A stretch of DNA of 64,000 nt from Candidatus Bathyarchaeota archaeon (lineage in GTDB: Archaea; Thermoproteota; Bathyarchaeia; Bathyarchaeales; Bathycorpusculaceae): contig CAVZJV010000014.1 of NCBI GenBank assembly GCA_963775685.1, positions 192,001 through 256,000 of the forward strand, in the 5' to 3' direction. Shown here piece after piece: positions 49,439 to 60,145 of this stretch. The notes under the pieces are model-generated. The model was not told the DNA's origin, ran no database searches, and saw nothing but the letters and a program-made list of their open reading frames with translations. The first letter of the stretch is position 1, and every line of letters starts with the position of its first letter. The translations under genes were made by a program, and so were the position numbers.

Positions 49439-51886
49439 GTGGGTCAAATAGGAACAAAAAACATCGTATTCAATGTTATTTTATTGCTTATAGTAGGTGC
49501 TATTGTACAGGTTCAAACCCAAAACTTGCCTGTACGGGCAACTGACGAATGGATCGCTCATCCACTGTTTATTTCTCCATTTGGCGGCTCCCAAACCCCA
49601 GTAGGTTATTCTCCTCGCCAAATTAGAACAGCGTATAATCTCCCCACATCAGGAGGGAACGGAACAACTATCGCCATAATCGACGCCTATGATACACCAA
49701 ATATTCTAACTTGCTTCAACATTTTTTCAAATCGATTTGGGCTTCCTGATAATAGCACAGGGAACTTTTTGGTCCACAAAATGGCTCAAAACATGCAAAC
49801 CTATGGCGACTGGGCTTTGGAAACTTGTTTAGATGTTGAGTGGGCTCATGCTATCGCTCCAAACGCAACAATACTTCTAGTGGAATCAGTTAGCCCAAGT
49901 ACCTCAGCTCTTCTCTCAGCCATCGATTATGCAACAAGTCAACCAGGAGTAGTTGCTGTTTCAATGAGTTGGGGTGACGATGAATTCTCATTTGAAAAAA
50001 ACTTTGATAACCACTTTAACATACCAGGCATAGCCTTTTTCGCAGCCTCAGGTGACGATGGCACAAACGTAATATGGCCTGCCGTGTCAGCAAATGTTGT
50101 TAGTGTGGGCGGAACAACCCTTAATCTCAATTCGGAAGGGAAAGTAATTTCTGAAGTTGCTTGGAAAAACAGTAGTGGTGGAATAAGCAATTATGTCGCT
50201 AGACCATTATATCAAACAAATTTTGGCCTCACTTATGCTAATCGTGCTATTCCTGATGTTTCATACAACGGCAACGCTTCAACAGGAGTGGCAGTTTACA
50301 ATGGCACATGGTGGAAAATAGGTGGCACAAGTGCAGGTGCTCCACAGTGGGCCGCTATACATGCCCTCGGGCTCTCCGCTTCAAACACTAATCTCTACAA
50401 TAGAGCAAAATCCGCATATTCCTCGTATTTCCGAGACATCGCTGAGGGGTCTAACTATCATTACTCCTCAACCACAGGATACGATTTAGTTACGGGACTG
50501 GGTAGCCCGCTGACCACTAATTTCGGCACTGAAATCACCATTACTCCGACTGGAGGTCCACCAAACGGTTCTGTAACACTCAATGGAGTGGGCTTTGTCC
50601 TAAGTAGTTCAGTGAATATTTCCTATAGAGATTCACAGAATTCATCTTGGATTGCTTTGTTCAGTAATTTGACGGTTACTTCGGACACGTTTTCTTACCC
50701 TTTTAAAGCACCTGACTTGATGCAGAACAATATAGCAGGAGATAGCCAACCCAAATTTGAAGACATTATTTTCCGAGTTGTGGACAACTATAACCGATCG
50801 GTCATCACAAGTGAGCCTTATACTGAGTGGCGGAGAGGTATAGTTCAAATCGGCAATTTAACTGCTACAGGATTGTACGGTAACAGCACGAATCTGGCAA
50901 CCAATGTTTTTGTCCAGAACGGCAATTCCGTACCCTTTGCAGGTCAATGGTTTGTTCCAGGAAACATATCGATATTCTGGGATAACACCCCAAACTTGGC
51001 TGTAATCTCTACTGATGCCTCAGGGTCTTTCAACACCACAATTACTGTACCTACCACTCTTGCGGGACAACATACTCTTACGTTAAACGATGGAGCAGCC
51101 AACTTTTGCCTAATCCTAACCCGACTGCCAGAAGTAACCAACAATTACCTGGATATATGGCACACGTCCATTTTCACTATAATCTTGACGCCTGATTACG
51201 CTGTGAATGAAACCTTCTACCGAATAAATGATGGTCCAGCTATGAACGTTACAGCTAACGGGCAGCCTGTAATCACAACGGAAGGCAGTGGCAACAAACT
51301 TGAATATTGGAGCACATGGGACCTTTACGGAACAGACATCGTGGATCTTCCGCATATAACTTTAACGGATATTAAATTGGACAAAACTCCGCCAATGGGC
51401 TCGATAACATCCAGAAGCACAAGCGTTAACACAACGAAAATCACGCTTGATTTGAATGCAGTTGACGACGTTAATGTTGAGCAGATGCGATTTTCTAATG
51501 GAAACAACGACTGGTCAGATTGGGAACAATATGCAACGTCGAAAACTTGGCTCCTGACAGACGGCGACGGTTCAAAAACGGTGAATGTTCAATTTATGGA
51601 CGCTGCAGGTTTATCCTCATCGATTTACAGTTGCACAGTTACCCTCGAGACGTCCACACTTACCCCAAATCCAACAGTTTCTCCAACAAAAAAACCATCC
51701 ACCACAGCAAGTTCCACGAATGCACCTACTCTTTCCTTTGATCCAACAGCTTCACCAACAATTCAGCCTACACCAACACCCACAGTTCCAGAATCCAACA
51801 TTGAAATGGTCCTTATCGTCCTTGGGATTTGTCCCCTCATACTGACACTAATCTACAAAAGAAAACATGAAATGGAAAGAAGTTAA
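49439..51886 (+). CDS. S53 (sedolisin) protease with Ig-like domains and C-terminal VPE + TM sorting-like signal
   Basis: ETCLDVE, ASGD.G, GGTSAGAP, GYDLVTGLGSP; PT linker, VPE, TM helix, KRK. Confidence 0.9.
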   Translation: MGQIGTKNIVFNVILLLIVGAIVQVQTQNLPVRATDEWIAHPLFISPFGGSQTPVGYSPRQIRTAYNLPTSGGNGTTIAIIDAYDTPNILTCFNIFSNRFGLPDNSTGNFLVHKMAQNMQTYGDWALETCLDVEWAHAIAPNATILLVESVSPSTSALLSAIDYATSQPGVVAVSMSWGDDEFSFEKNFDNHFNIPGIAFFAASGDDGTNVIWPAVSANVVSVGGTTLNLNSEGKVISEVAWKNSSGGISNYVARPLYQTNFGLTYANRAIPDVSYNGNASTGVAVYNGTWWKIGGTSAGAPQWAAIHALGLSASNTNLYNRAKSAYSSYFRDIAEGSNYHYSSTTGYDLVTGLGSPLTTNFGTEITITPTGGPPNGSVTLNGVGFVLSSSVNISYRDSQNSSWIALFSNLTVTSDTFSYPFKAPDLMQNNIAGDSQPKFEDIIFRVVDNYNRSVITSEPYTEWRRGIVQIGNLTATGLYGNSTNLATNVFVQNGNSVPFAGQWFVPGNISIFWDNTPNLAVISTDASGSFNTTITVPTTLAGQHTLTLNDGAANFCLILTRLPEVTNNYLDIWHTSIFTIILTPDYAVNETFYRINDGPAMNVTANGQPVITTEGSGNKLEYWSTWDLYGTDIVDLPHITLTDIKLDKTPPMGSITSRSTSVNTTKITLDLNAVDDVNVEQMRFSNGNNDWSDWEQYATSKTWLLTDGDGSKTVNVQFMDAAGLSSSIYSCTVTLETSTLTPNPTVSPTKKPSTTASSTNAPTLSFDPTASPTIQPTPTPTVPESNIEMVLIVLGICPLILTLIYKRKHEMERS

Positions 51887-51899
51887 TGCTGAATTTGTT

Positions 51900-52380
51900 T
51901 TCTTGTTAATAATTTGGGTCGCAGGCGATTTTTATTGCCTCAGAGGGTCGAGAAAACGGCTGTCAAGATGCAGAGGAAGGCGGCAAATATGAAGGCTGTG
52001 TCAAGGCAGATATAAGCTTAGGAACGTTGCAATGTTTCCAGCGGCGAAGTTTCGGTTCGTCACCAGATCAAGGCGGAACATAAAGTCGGGAACTTTGCGT
52101 TCGATGATCGGAAACACAGCCAGCCGGGATAGACTATTAGCCATTGAGGCTATCGCTCAGGGGTTGCTCCAGTCCACCGGCGATTGTCGTAGGGTGTTAA
52201 ACCATAAGTAATAACAAGTAAAATCGGGGTTAAGCGGTCTCCAAAGCTGATGTTCCCAATGTGTCAAGTTTCTTTTTTCTTCTATGGATGTGTTGTTACT
52301 TAGTTTCCAGTCTGACGAAGCTGTGTCGATGATGCCAACAGGAACGCCGATTAAGAAGACCAGCCGCCAATCATAAACCC
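51900..52380 (-). pseudogene. Degraded MFS (EmrB-like) transporter fragment
   Basis: WRLVFLIGVPVGII-like segment, then broken hydrophobic frames. Confidence 0.45.
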
Positions 52381-52401
52381 TCTACAAATCTAAAAAAGGG
52401 T

Positions 52402-52596
52402 TTAACCCTCTTTTAGAACAACCGCTTTAGCCTCGCATTGAGCAACGCAGTCACCGCATCCACGGCAGAAGGTTGGATCCACAATGTTGGGTTCTTCAGT
52501 GCTTATGCGGAAGATGGCTTTAAGGTGGCAAGCCTTTGCCGCATTGCACTTGTCACATCGAACGCATTTAAGTGGGTCAATATAGGCTATAGTCAT
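52402..52596 (-). CDS. 4Fe-4S ferredoxin-like protein
   Basis: CxxCxxCxxxxxC and CRGCGDCVAQC. Confidence 0.85.
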   Translation of the reverse strand: MTIAYIDPLKCVRCDKCNAAKACHLKAIFRISTEEPNIVDPTFCRGCGDCVAQCEAKAVVLKEG

Positions 52597-53065
52597 GTTT
52601 TACCTAGCTGAAAGGTTCAGATAAATATCATTTGCCCTTTTGCTCGAACAATCAGGGTGGAGGCAGTAATTTGCAGTATCGATACTTGCAACAATAAGCC
52701 TTCAGGCTTAAACGCAACAAGCTCGGGATTACCGTTAGAACCACGTACATGATGACTGCCATACTATAACTTGAGCTTTTGCTTGTACCGGGAATGCCGT
52801 TGCTTCCCAATGTTAGTTTTGAAAGTTAAGCGAACCCTTTAGTCCACGATTTACAGTAATAACAAGAATTGCATAGTAATCTCCAAATCACAATTAAGAC
52901 TACAAAAGCTGAAAAACCCAGAAAAAGCCTTCCAAACAACTCATTAATTAGCCAAATAGAAAGGGACTAAGTAACCCAAATAGCGAGTGTAAAGGCACCA
53001 AAAAAAGCAGAGATTTTGTGGCTTCAATTTTCTCGTTGTCATAAACGGTCAAATGTAGCACAGCC

Positions 53066-53400
53066 TTACTTCTCTTTTTTCAAGAAAGGCTTAAACTTGG
53101 ATTCAATGTATGATTTGGGACAAGCCCTTATGATGGTTTCTACTGCTATGCCGTTTTTGAGAACTGCCAAAGTAGGAATGCTCAGGACTCCTAACTTGTG
53201 TTGGACCATCCTGGTTTTCGTCAGCGTTCATTTTTCCAAACGCTGCCTTCCCAGCATATTCCCCCGCAAGTTGCTCATTCAAAGAGCCAACCATTCGACA
53301 AGGACCGTATCATGGGGCCCAAAAATCAACAACCAAAAGATCGTGCTTTGCGGCCTGCGAGAAAAAGTTGCTTTCAGTTAAGATAATAGGTTTGCTTGTG
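53066..53400 (-). pseudogene. trxA: Thioredoxin pseudogene
   Basis: VVDFWAP*YGPCRM (WCGPC corrupted) plus frameshifts. Confidence 0.8.
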
Positions 53401-53601
53401 CTATCTTTTGCGGATTGTCCTGCTGAAGAATTTCAGCGATTTTTTTTCTTTGGATTTTCTCCAGTTCAGGGTACGTTTGGCGAATTTATCATACTTTTGC
53501 TCGTTTTGTGCATTCAACCATGCTTTTCGAGTTTTCCATGTTGGTGAACCGCAACATTCTTCTTCGGGTACGCCCAAGGGGCATTCAAGTTTTTTCTGCA
53601 T
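53401..53601 (-). CDS. Small Cys-containing hypothetical protein
   Basis: 66 aa with CP...CCG, in tandem with the thioredoxin remnant. Confidence 0.35.
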   Translation of the reverse strand: MQKKLECPLGVPEEECCGSPTWKTRKAWLNAQNEQKYDKFAKRTLNWRKSKEKKSLKFFSRTIRKR

Positions 53602-53709
53602 TATTTTTCACCTTTTTGATAATGTTATATGTGTTGGAAATTATGAATATGTTGTGGTATTGTCAATACCACACAATATTTGTATTTTGGCAACAGCGAG
53701 TAATAAAAT

Positions 53710-54100
53710 ATGGACAGCATTCAATTCCTTACTTTTCGGAAAGAAGTTACAAGCCAAGACACATCAGTTGCCTCTACAACCTAAAACCCATAGATCTGGA
53801 GGTATTCGTCGAAGTAGCAAGAAATCAATGGGGCCCCTTGACCAAATCGCAAAAAAGGTGCAAAGAGACCGAAGCTCTACCCACCGCTGCCTAGCAAAAC
53901 TTGTCGGTGCAGGTCTTCCGCAAACAATCCCGAGGTCTACAGGGGGAGGCTACTACCACGTTTATACAATAGTTGAACCCGCCAAAATCAAACAGCAAGC
54001 AAAGGAAAAAGTAAAAGACATAACAGACAGCCTTCAAGCCCTAATCGAAAACTTTGACGCTGACCTCCAAAAGCACCTTTCAAGTAGCACGCCAGCCTAA
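53710..54100 (+). CDS. TrmB-like HTH regulator (COG3355-like), frameshifted
   Basis: CLYNLKPIDLEVF / LDQIAKKVQRDRSSTHRCLAKL...GGYYHVY. Confidence 0.75.
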
Positions 54101-54119
54101 ACGGTGTTTTCTCAGTGTT

Positions 54120-54929
54120 TTACTTTGAGCTTTTAGTTGGCATAATTTTGTCTTTGATGAGTTCTTTTAAGGTTTTATGACAATTGCTGCATTCAAACAT
54201 CGAATTGCCGCATTCGGGACAGAACACCTCTTGGTTTATCATCCGTTCCAAAAGCGCCAGCAACTCAGCCTTATTATGAACTTCACGTGGCGATTCCTTC
54301 CCTCCAAGGACACCATGTGCATCTTCTGTTTTAGGTTGTGGATTTTCACTGGAGACGATTTCCTGGTAAACCTTCGATATACTGGTTTTTCCTTCCCTAA
54401 GCTTTTGCTTCTCGTCTTCGCTAGCTTTCTCCATGATCTTTTTGCCCCGCTCGAGGGTTCGAGTAGAAATGCCCGCTTTTTTGGCTACGACTTCCGTGGC
54501 TTTTGCTTTGAGTTCGAGTTCCGGCGCTGTGTCAGTGTCTTCTTGCGCTAACCCCAACTGTAAAGCTCGACCGTTTTTGCCACCTTTTACTTGCCGTTTC
54601 TTGGCAAGAGCTTTCTCTATCTCAAGCAACGGCACAGCTAATTCTACAAGCTGGAAGTTATTGAGGTGGCGGCGCCTAAGGTTTGCTTCGATGACGAATT
54701 TTTTCTCTAAAAGTTTGTCGTCAAATTTGCGGACTTCAAAGTCTGGTTCGAGTCCCAGATCGTTGCAGGCTCGAAAGCGGTGGTGCCCATCTAAAACTTC
54801 TAAGTTTTCATTAACGATAATGGGGTAGTGTTGTCCTTCGTTTTGGATTGAGCTTTTAAGTTGGGCGAATTCTTCTTCAGACATTCTTGGCAATAGGTTA
54901 TCGTATTCAGGGTTAATGCGTAGGCTCAT
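54120..54929 (-). CDS. ParB/Srx N-terminal domain protein with HTH and C-terminal zinc ribbon
   Basis: L..SI..EG...PIIV....VLDGHHR; N..RRHL; CPECG..CSNC. Confidence 0.85.
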   Translation of the reverse strand: MSLRINPEYDNLLPRMSEEEFAQLKSSIQNEGQHYPIIVNENLEVLDGHHRFRACNDLGLEPDFEVRKFDDKLLEKKFVIEANLRRRHLNNFQLVELAVPLLEIEKALAKKRQVKGGKNGRALQLGLAQEDTDTAPELELKAKATEVVAKKAGISTRTLERGKKIMEKASEDEKQKLREGKTSISKVYQEIVSSENPQPKTEDAHGVLGGKESPREVHNKAELLALLERMINQEVFCPECGNSMFECSNCHKTLKELIKDKIMPTKSSK

Positions 54930-56570
54930 GGATACCCTATTGTTCTTTGTCGGTTTTGTTATTTAAGTTGAAGGGTTCTAAACGGTTTCACTTAGCGCAT
55001 AGTTCTGCATTGTGGGTTCAGATTGCAGTCACATATTCTTTTATTTTTACTCTGGCTTTTATATGACATGCGTATGAAACCCGAACCCGCGTAGAAACGT
55101 TTGACGGCGTAGCATTTAACCAAAATGCGGCTTGTTCTCTCCTCTCTCTCCCTCAACTTTTGCCGCACCAAGTTAAAAAAAGGCTGTTCCGTCAAACCTC
55201 CTTTTCTACTAACTGAACGAACATTAACTTCTTCATTCTTGGAGACAAAATTTGTTGATCCACAAACACGAACAATAAGTAAAGGGTCTACATGGGTTTA
55301 TAGTGTCCTCAAAGTTTTATTGTGGAACCATCATACCTACGATGCGACTGTTGACTATGCTTTTTACACGGATGATTTTATGATTGATATTACAGAGAAG
55401 GGAATATACTCAGACAGTTTTTACATTTCCACATGTAACATTGCTTCAATCTACAATAATTATTCAATGGACTTACAAAAGATTCCTTTGTGGAATATTT
55501 TTTTATACAAATGTAACAAAAATAAATTGACCCCCATTAATCCAAAAAATTATTTTGCCATTAGAAGTTCTTGTTGATTGCTATCAGTGATATAGGACTA
55601 TCATAACTCTGACCCCTTTCATTTTTGCTATTCGAGCTGGAGGCGTGATTATGACATTTGGAATTATAATTTCCACGTCAACCTTACTTGTTGGAGGAAT
55701 TCTTCGGTTAGCCAGTGTTTTTTCATATGAGTTTTTAGGCTCCTTCGAAAAAATTAATGTTGTTACAAGAGTATTAACGAAGGCTGTGGCTATTTCAGTT
55801 TTATACTTATAATTAGTTATAACAGGGATAAGTTGGCTTCATTTCTTGTCTGGGCTTCGATTAATAAGTTATGCAGTAGGGCGGGGCTTCACCGGAGCGT
55901 TATCAATCGAAAATAACTTGGTTTAAGAGTTTTAGTTCTGCTATAGGTGTTACAATCGGAGTCTTATCCATTATTGCTATTTGCTATTTTCTTTTCATTG
56001 GTTCCTATCTCTTTAGGGGGCTAAATACCCAAGTTACATGACCTATGGTTATTTTGAAAGAATAGTTCTTACCTGATAGGGGTTGATTGTTTGGCATCAG
56101 CAATCTTCGACATTTTTCTAAGAAGGCAAAAATAGATTCTTTAATTGCAAAAAGTGCTGAGATTGAGCACCCATCTGAATAGCAATGTACTATATCTATA
56201 GCAAGTCCCTTCTTAATAGAGTGCATTTCGTCTCTTCTTCATCGGACCACCGTATCAAGCAAAGACTGAACAAACATGATAACCTTTTCTCTCTTCAGAA
56301 AAGCATTCCTTGATTTCTCTTGAGCTTTTCTAAGGAGAAAATGGGTTTATAAGAATAAGGAAAAGAGGAGAGAAATGATGAATCTCTTATCGTTACCCAG
56401 AAATGTATGAATTAAGCGCCATTAATCTAAAACCACAAGTATTATTAGAAAGCTTGCAACTAAATTCTAAATCAGTAGTAAAGTTAAAATCTCATCATTG
56501 CGCGAAAAACTCGCATTAGTGTGATTAGCCAGTATCAAATAAGTATAATTTACATAGGAAGTGCACACTT

Positions 56571-57755
56571 ACGGGAACATCCCAAACATTTACGATAAAG
56601 TACGTTGTACATGCTAAATTTGAAATTGAAGGTGTAGTTGAAAAACCCGACGTTATAGGAGCAGTTTTTGGTCAAACAGAAGGCCTTTTCGGCCCAGAAC
56701 TAGACTTACGCGAACTGCAGAAAACCGGGCGCATCGGAAGAATCGAAATAGACCTACATTCCAAAAACGACCGAACTAACGGTTCAATTACCATACCCAC
56801 AAGCCTAGATCGCGTATCCACAGCCCTCATCGCAGCAAGCGTAGAGAGCATAAACCGTGTTGGACCCTGCTCAGCCAAAGTTCTTCTCGAAAAAATTGAA
56901 GATATCCGTGAAGCTAGGCGAAAAATAATAATCGATCGCGCCAAAGAAATTCTTCACCGATGGAACATCGAATCCATGCCTAGCGTCGATGAAGTCTACA
57001 AAGAAATCAGCGACACCATGAAAGTAGGCAAAGTCGAAAAATACGGACCCGAAGACTTGCCAGCTGGACCAGGATTAGAAGGCGCCAAGGAAATCTATGT
57101 TGTCGAAGGTCGGGCAGACGTCATTAACTTGATGCGATGCGGAATATTTAATACCGTGGCCCTTGAAGGTGCAAAAGTCCCTGACTCTATAAAGAAGATA
57201 ACAAAAGAGCGAGTAGCCACTGCGTTGCTTGATGGCGACCGAGGCGGCGACCTAATCCTAAAAGAGCTCATGCAGGTAACCAACGTCAAGTTTGTCGGTC
57301 GCGCTCCCAGAGGTAAAGAAATCGAAGAATGCAACTGCAAAGAAATCAGCGAAGCCATAGAAAACAAGCTTCCAATATCTGAAGCAGGCGGCAAACCAGC
57401 ACCAGTCCCAACACCGCCAAAGAAGGTAATTCAAGTACCAGAGCGAGTCAAAATTGACGTCCCAGACACCATAACTCAAGCCGCAAAAGCCTTGGTGGGC
57501 ACACTCGAAGCTGTCCTGCTAAATGAGAAACTTGAATTAATCGAACGTCTCCCAGTGAGTCAACTCGCCGAAAAACTCAGCCAAGTAAAAGACGTCGAAA
57601 CATTGGTTTTCGACGGCATCATCACCCAACGAATCGTTGACATAGCCGCAGACAAGAACATCAAACGCATCGTTGCTTCCAGAGTCTCTGAAGCAGTCAA
57701 ACCAGCCCTTAACGTTGACTTGATAACGTTCAAAGATGCGATACCGGCAGCCTAA
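56571..57755 (+). CDS. dnaG: Archaeal DnaG (TOPRIM) protein; frame open from ACG 56571
   Basis: Manual translation KY......EGVVEKPDVIGAVFGQTEGL...LRELQKTGRIGRI is in frame with VVEGRADV and DGDRGG. Confidence 0.93.
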   Translation, partial: TGTSQTFTIKYVVHAKFEIEGVVEKPDVIGAVFGQTEGLFGPELDLRELQKTGRIGRIEIDLHSKNDRTNGSITIPTSLDRVSTALIAASVESINRVGPCSAKVLLEKIEDIREARRKIIIDRAKEILHRWNIESMPSVDEVYKEISDTMKVGKVEKYGPEDLPAGPGLEGAKEIYVVEGRADVINLMRCGIFNTVALEGAKVPDSIKKITKERVATALLDGDRGGDLILKELMQVTNVKFVGRAPRGKEIEECNCKEISEAIENKLPISEAGGKPAPVPTPPKKVIQVPERVKIDVPDTITQAAKALVGTLEAVLLNEKLELIERLPVSQLAEKLSQVKDVETLVFDGIITQRIVDIAADKNIKRIVASRVSEAVKPALNVDLITFKDAIPAA

Positions 57756-60145
57756 ACATAATCCATTAGGTTCCGGATTTCTTCTGTTTCTTTCGCTTCT
57801 TTTTGCAACTCCGCTTTTGTTACGTCGAAAAACGCGAGTATCCGCGAGGCTGCAGGCAACACCTGGTTAGTTATGTAGTAATCAACATCAACTTCCTTGG
57901 ATTTAGCAAAAACATATGGCTTCACCCTGTTGTAGAGACGCCCTTTTCCTTCAAGAATAACATAGCCCACTTTGTCGCCGCCCGTCAGCCGCCAACCTTT
58001 TTCCTTGAGAATTTTTGCCGCTTCCACATGCGGGGCTTTTATGGCGTATGAATCGGGGGCTTTGGTAAGTGTTTTCCAAATAACTAAGTCATGTAGAGGG
58101 ACCTTGTGGTGTTTTAAGTCCTCAACCACCCCTCGTACATAACCAACTGCGTTCTTGGCGGACTGCTCTCTCAGGATTATGTTCAAAACGTGTTCTTGCA
58201 CCTTCTTAGCTACCTCTGCCCAGTCGCCGCGGATAACCTCCAAGCCCACGATGTCTAAGCTGCCATCCTGTCGCAAGCCAGCGTAGCGTTTTTTTGCTTC
58301 TGTGAAAAAAATCCGCTGGTATTTCTCGCCAATTTCCACATCCAGTTTAAGGTCGCGTTTAATTTCCTGTTCCAACTCTGCAACTTTGGCTTGGTCGTAA
58401 CTTAGGAACAAGCTGTCGGTGTCCCCGTAAACAACCGATAGACCTGCTTTTTCAGCCATCTTGCTCGCGGTCAAGATGATGTGTCTGCCCCATGCGGAAG
58501 CTGCTTCAGCGACCGGCTTAACGTACCATCTGGCGCCCACCCAGCCAGCATAGCCGTATGCTGCGTTTGTTATGACTTTTACGGCTTTCTGGCGTGCATC
58601 CAGAACTCTGTATTCAACGGTGGTTGGTTTTATAGTTTTCATTCGATGGCGTATAGTTCCTCTTACGTTGATTAGATAGGTGAGTGATTCCTTGTAAAAT
58701 CCCGCCGGTGATTTACGGAACTTATGGCCCACTTCCGGCGCCACGTAGACGCCGCTTGAGGGTTCAGGTTCGTCGGGAGCTATGTAGGTGTCTGGGGAGA
58801 GGTTGTAGTTTATCATGATGTTTGGGTACATGGACTTGAAGTCTAAAACAGCGATATTCTCATGTAAACCTGGCTTTGGTGAAAGCACAAGTCCTCCTAC
58901 ATATGGTATGTAGGTTTGCTCGAGCCGTTTTGGTACGAGTTCACCGATTTTCTGTCCCTGCTTAATGAGGAACCACTCCACGCGGAAACCCACAGCTGCT
59001 GTCATCACATGGTCAAGAAGCAAGCTCGTTAAACTGGAAAGTTGCAAGGCAAAATCCAAAAGTAAGATAATTGCACCCTGTACTTTGCAGGCGCTATCCA
59101 ATCCAAACCTACACAGCTCTTCGCGGTGTTGTTTGTCATCCCAATAGTCCGCAAACTCAACATCTTCAACGATGGTCTGCTTGTCTTTCATGACACCTAA
59201 ATGGTCGGCCAAATTCCAAAGTGTTTTAACTTTAACCTCAGGAAACACATCCATGAAATCAGCCAAATCAATGTTAACAACCCCTGTGGTAGAAACATGC
59301 CCGTAAACGCTTGTGTGAGGTTCCCGTTTGGCTCTGTCAAAGTTTAGTTTTAATTTCAATTTTCGGGACCTGCCCTTGAGATACGTCCAGTCGACCGTGT
59401 TGGCACCATAGCTTGTGATGATGTCTGGGTCAAACTGGCAGATGTAGGCGATGAACGCTTCGATGACAGTTTTGTCGTCCTTGTCCTCTTTTGCGATGAA
59501 CTGTTTTTCTTCGCCGCTATTTGCTGCGGTTGAGATGATTAGCACAGGGTTGCGATCAGGTTTGGGTGAGCCCTCGCGGCTATAGCATATCATTGAGAAA
59601 CCAAGGATCCTCAACATTGGAACCGAGATATCTTCGATTTGTTTGGGCGGTGAATAGGCAGTATAAACCTTAGTTACCCTTACCCCTTCAGGGTTAGCTT
59701 CTTCCTCTGCCTCGACTTTGTGCCAATTGCAAGGAACCACATCGTTGTCAATTAGGTATCGCATGGCAGCGCGAAAGTCATCTTCGAGGCAATCTTTCAC
59801 TCCTTCGAAGCTTCGAAGTGAACTGGCTACCTTGCCAGTTTCAGTTGCGACCCTGCAATAAACTTTTATTGTCTTTACTGGCTTGCCAAAGAAGCGGCGA
59901 GAGGCAACCTCCGTCTTCACAATTGATGAAGCAAAGCTTTTCATGATGGCTTCTGCAACCTTCGACGCGTCAGACCCTTCCATCAATACAGCATAAAAGT
60001 AAGCCGTAAAGTTACGGTCAATAACGAGAACCCGATTACCATTACCGTCAATTCCCCAAAGCCACAACTCAAGTGTGCCCTTGTCCTTGTCGATTTTAGG
60101 GTTAATATCCAGCAGCCAGAAAGTCACATTCACAAACAACGCCAC
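57752..60145 (-). CDS. polB: Family B DNA polymerase (PolB3-like)
   Basis: DFKSMYP, K...NAAYGY, YGDTDS, KKRYAG; ExoI degenerate. Confidence 0.93.
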   Translation of the reverse strand: MALFVNVTFWLLDINPKIDKDKGTLELWLWGIDGNGNRVLVIDRNFTAYFYAVLMEGSDASKVAEAIMKSFASSIVKTEVASRRFFGKPVKTIKVYCRVATETGKVASSLRSFEGVKDCLEDDFRAAMRYLIDNDVVPCNWHKVEAEEEANPEGVRVTKVYTAYSPPKQIEDISVPMLRILGFSMICYSREGSPKPDRNPVLIISTAANSGEEKQFIAKEDKDDKTVIEAFIAYICQFDPDIITSYGANTVDWTYLKGRSRKLKLKLNFDRAKREPHTSVYGHVSTTGVVNIDLADFMDVFPEVKVKTLWNLADHLGVMKDKQTIVEDVEFADYWDDKQHREELCRFGLDSACKVQGAIILLLDFALQLSSLTSLLLDHVMTAAVGFRVEWFLIKQGQKIGELVPKRLEQTYIPYVGGLVLSPKPGLHENIAVLDFKSMYPNIMINYNLSPDTYIAPDEPEPSSGVYVAPEVGHKFRKSPAGFYKESLTYLINVRGTIRHRMKTIKPTTVEYRVLDARQKAVKVITNAAYGYAGWVGARWYVKPVAEAASAWGRHIILTASKMAEKAGLSVVYGDTDSLFLSYDQAKVAELEQEIKRDLKLDVEIGEKYQRIFFTEAKKRYAGLRQDGSLDIVGLEVIRGDWAEVAKKVQEHVLNIILREQSAKNAVGYVRGVVEDLKHHKVPLHDLVIWKTLTKAPDSYAIKAPHVEAAKILKEKGWRLTGGDKVGYVILEGKGRLYNRVKPYVFAKSKEVDVDYYITNQVLPAASRILAFFDVTKAELQKEAKETEEIRNLMDYV

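Noticed and set aside
53298-53312. In-frame TGA in thioredoxin as selenocysteine
   Set aside because: The TGA replaces the Trp of WCGPC, not a Cys. The first Cys is mutated to Tyr and the gene has frameshifts, so this is decay.
55125-56500. ORFs 55125..55577 and 56005..56226
   Set aside because: AT-rich, no motifs or clear starts; probably decayed membrane-protein sequence.
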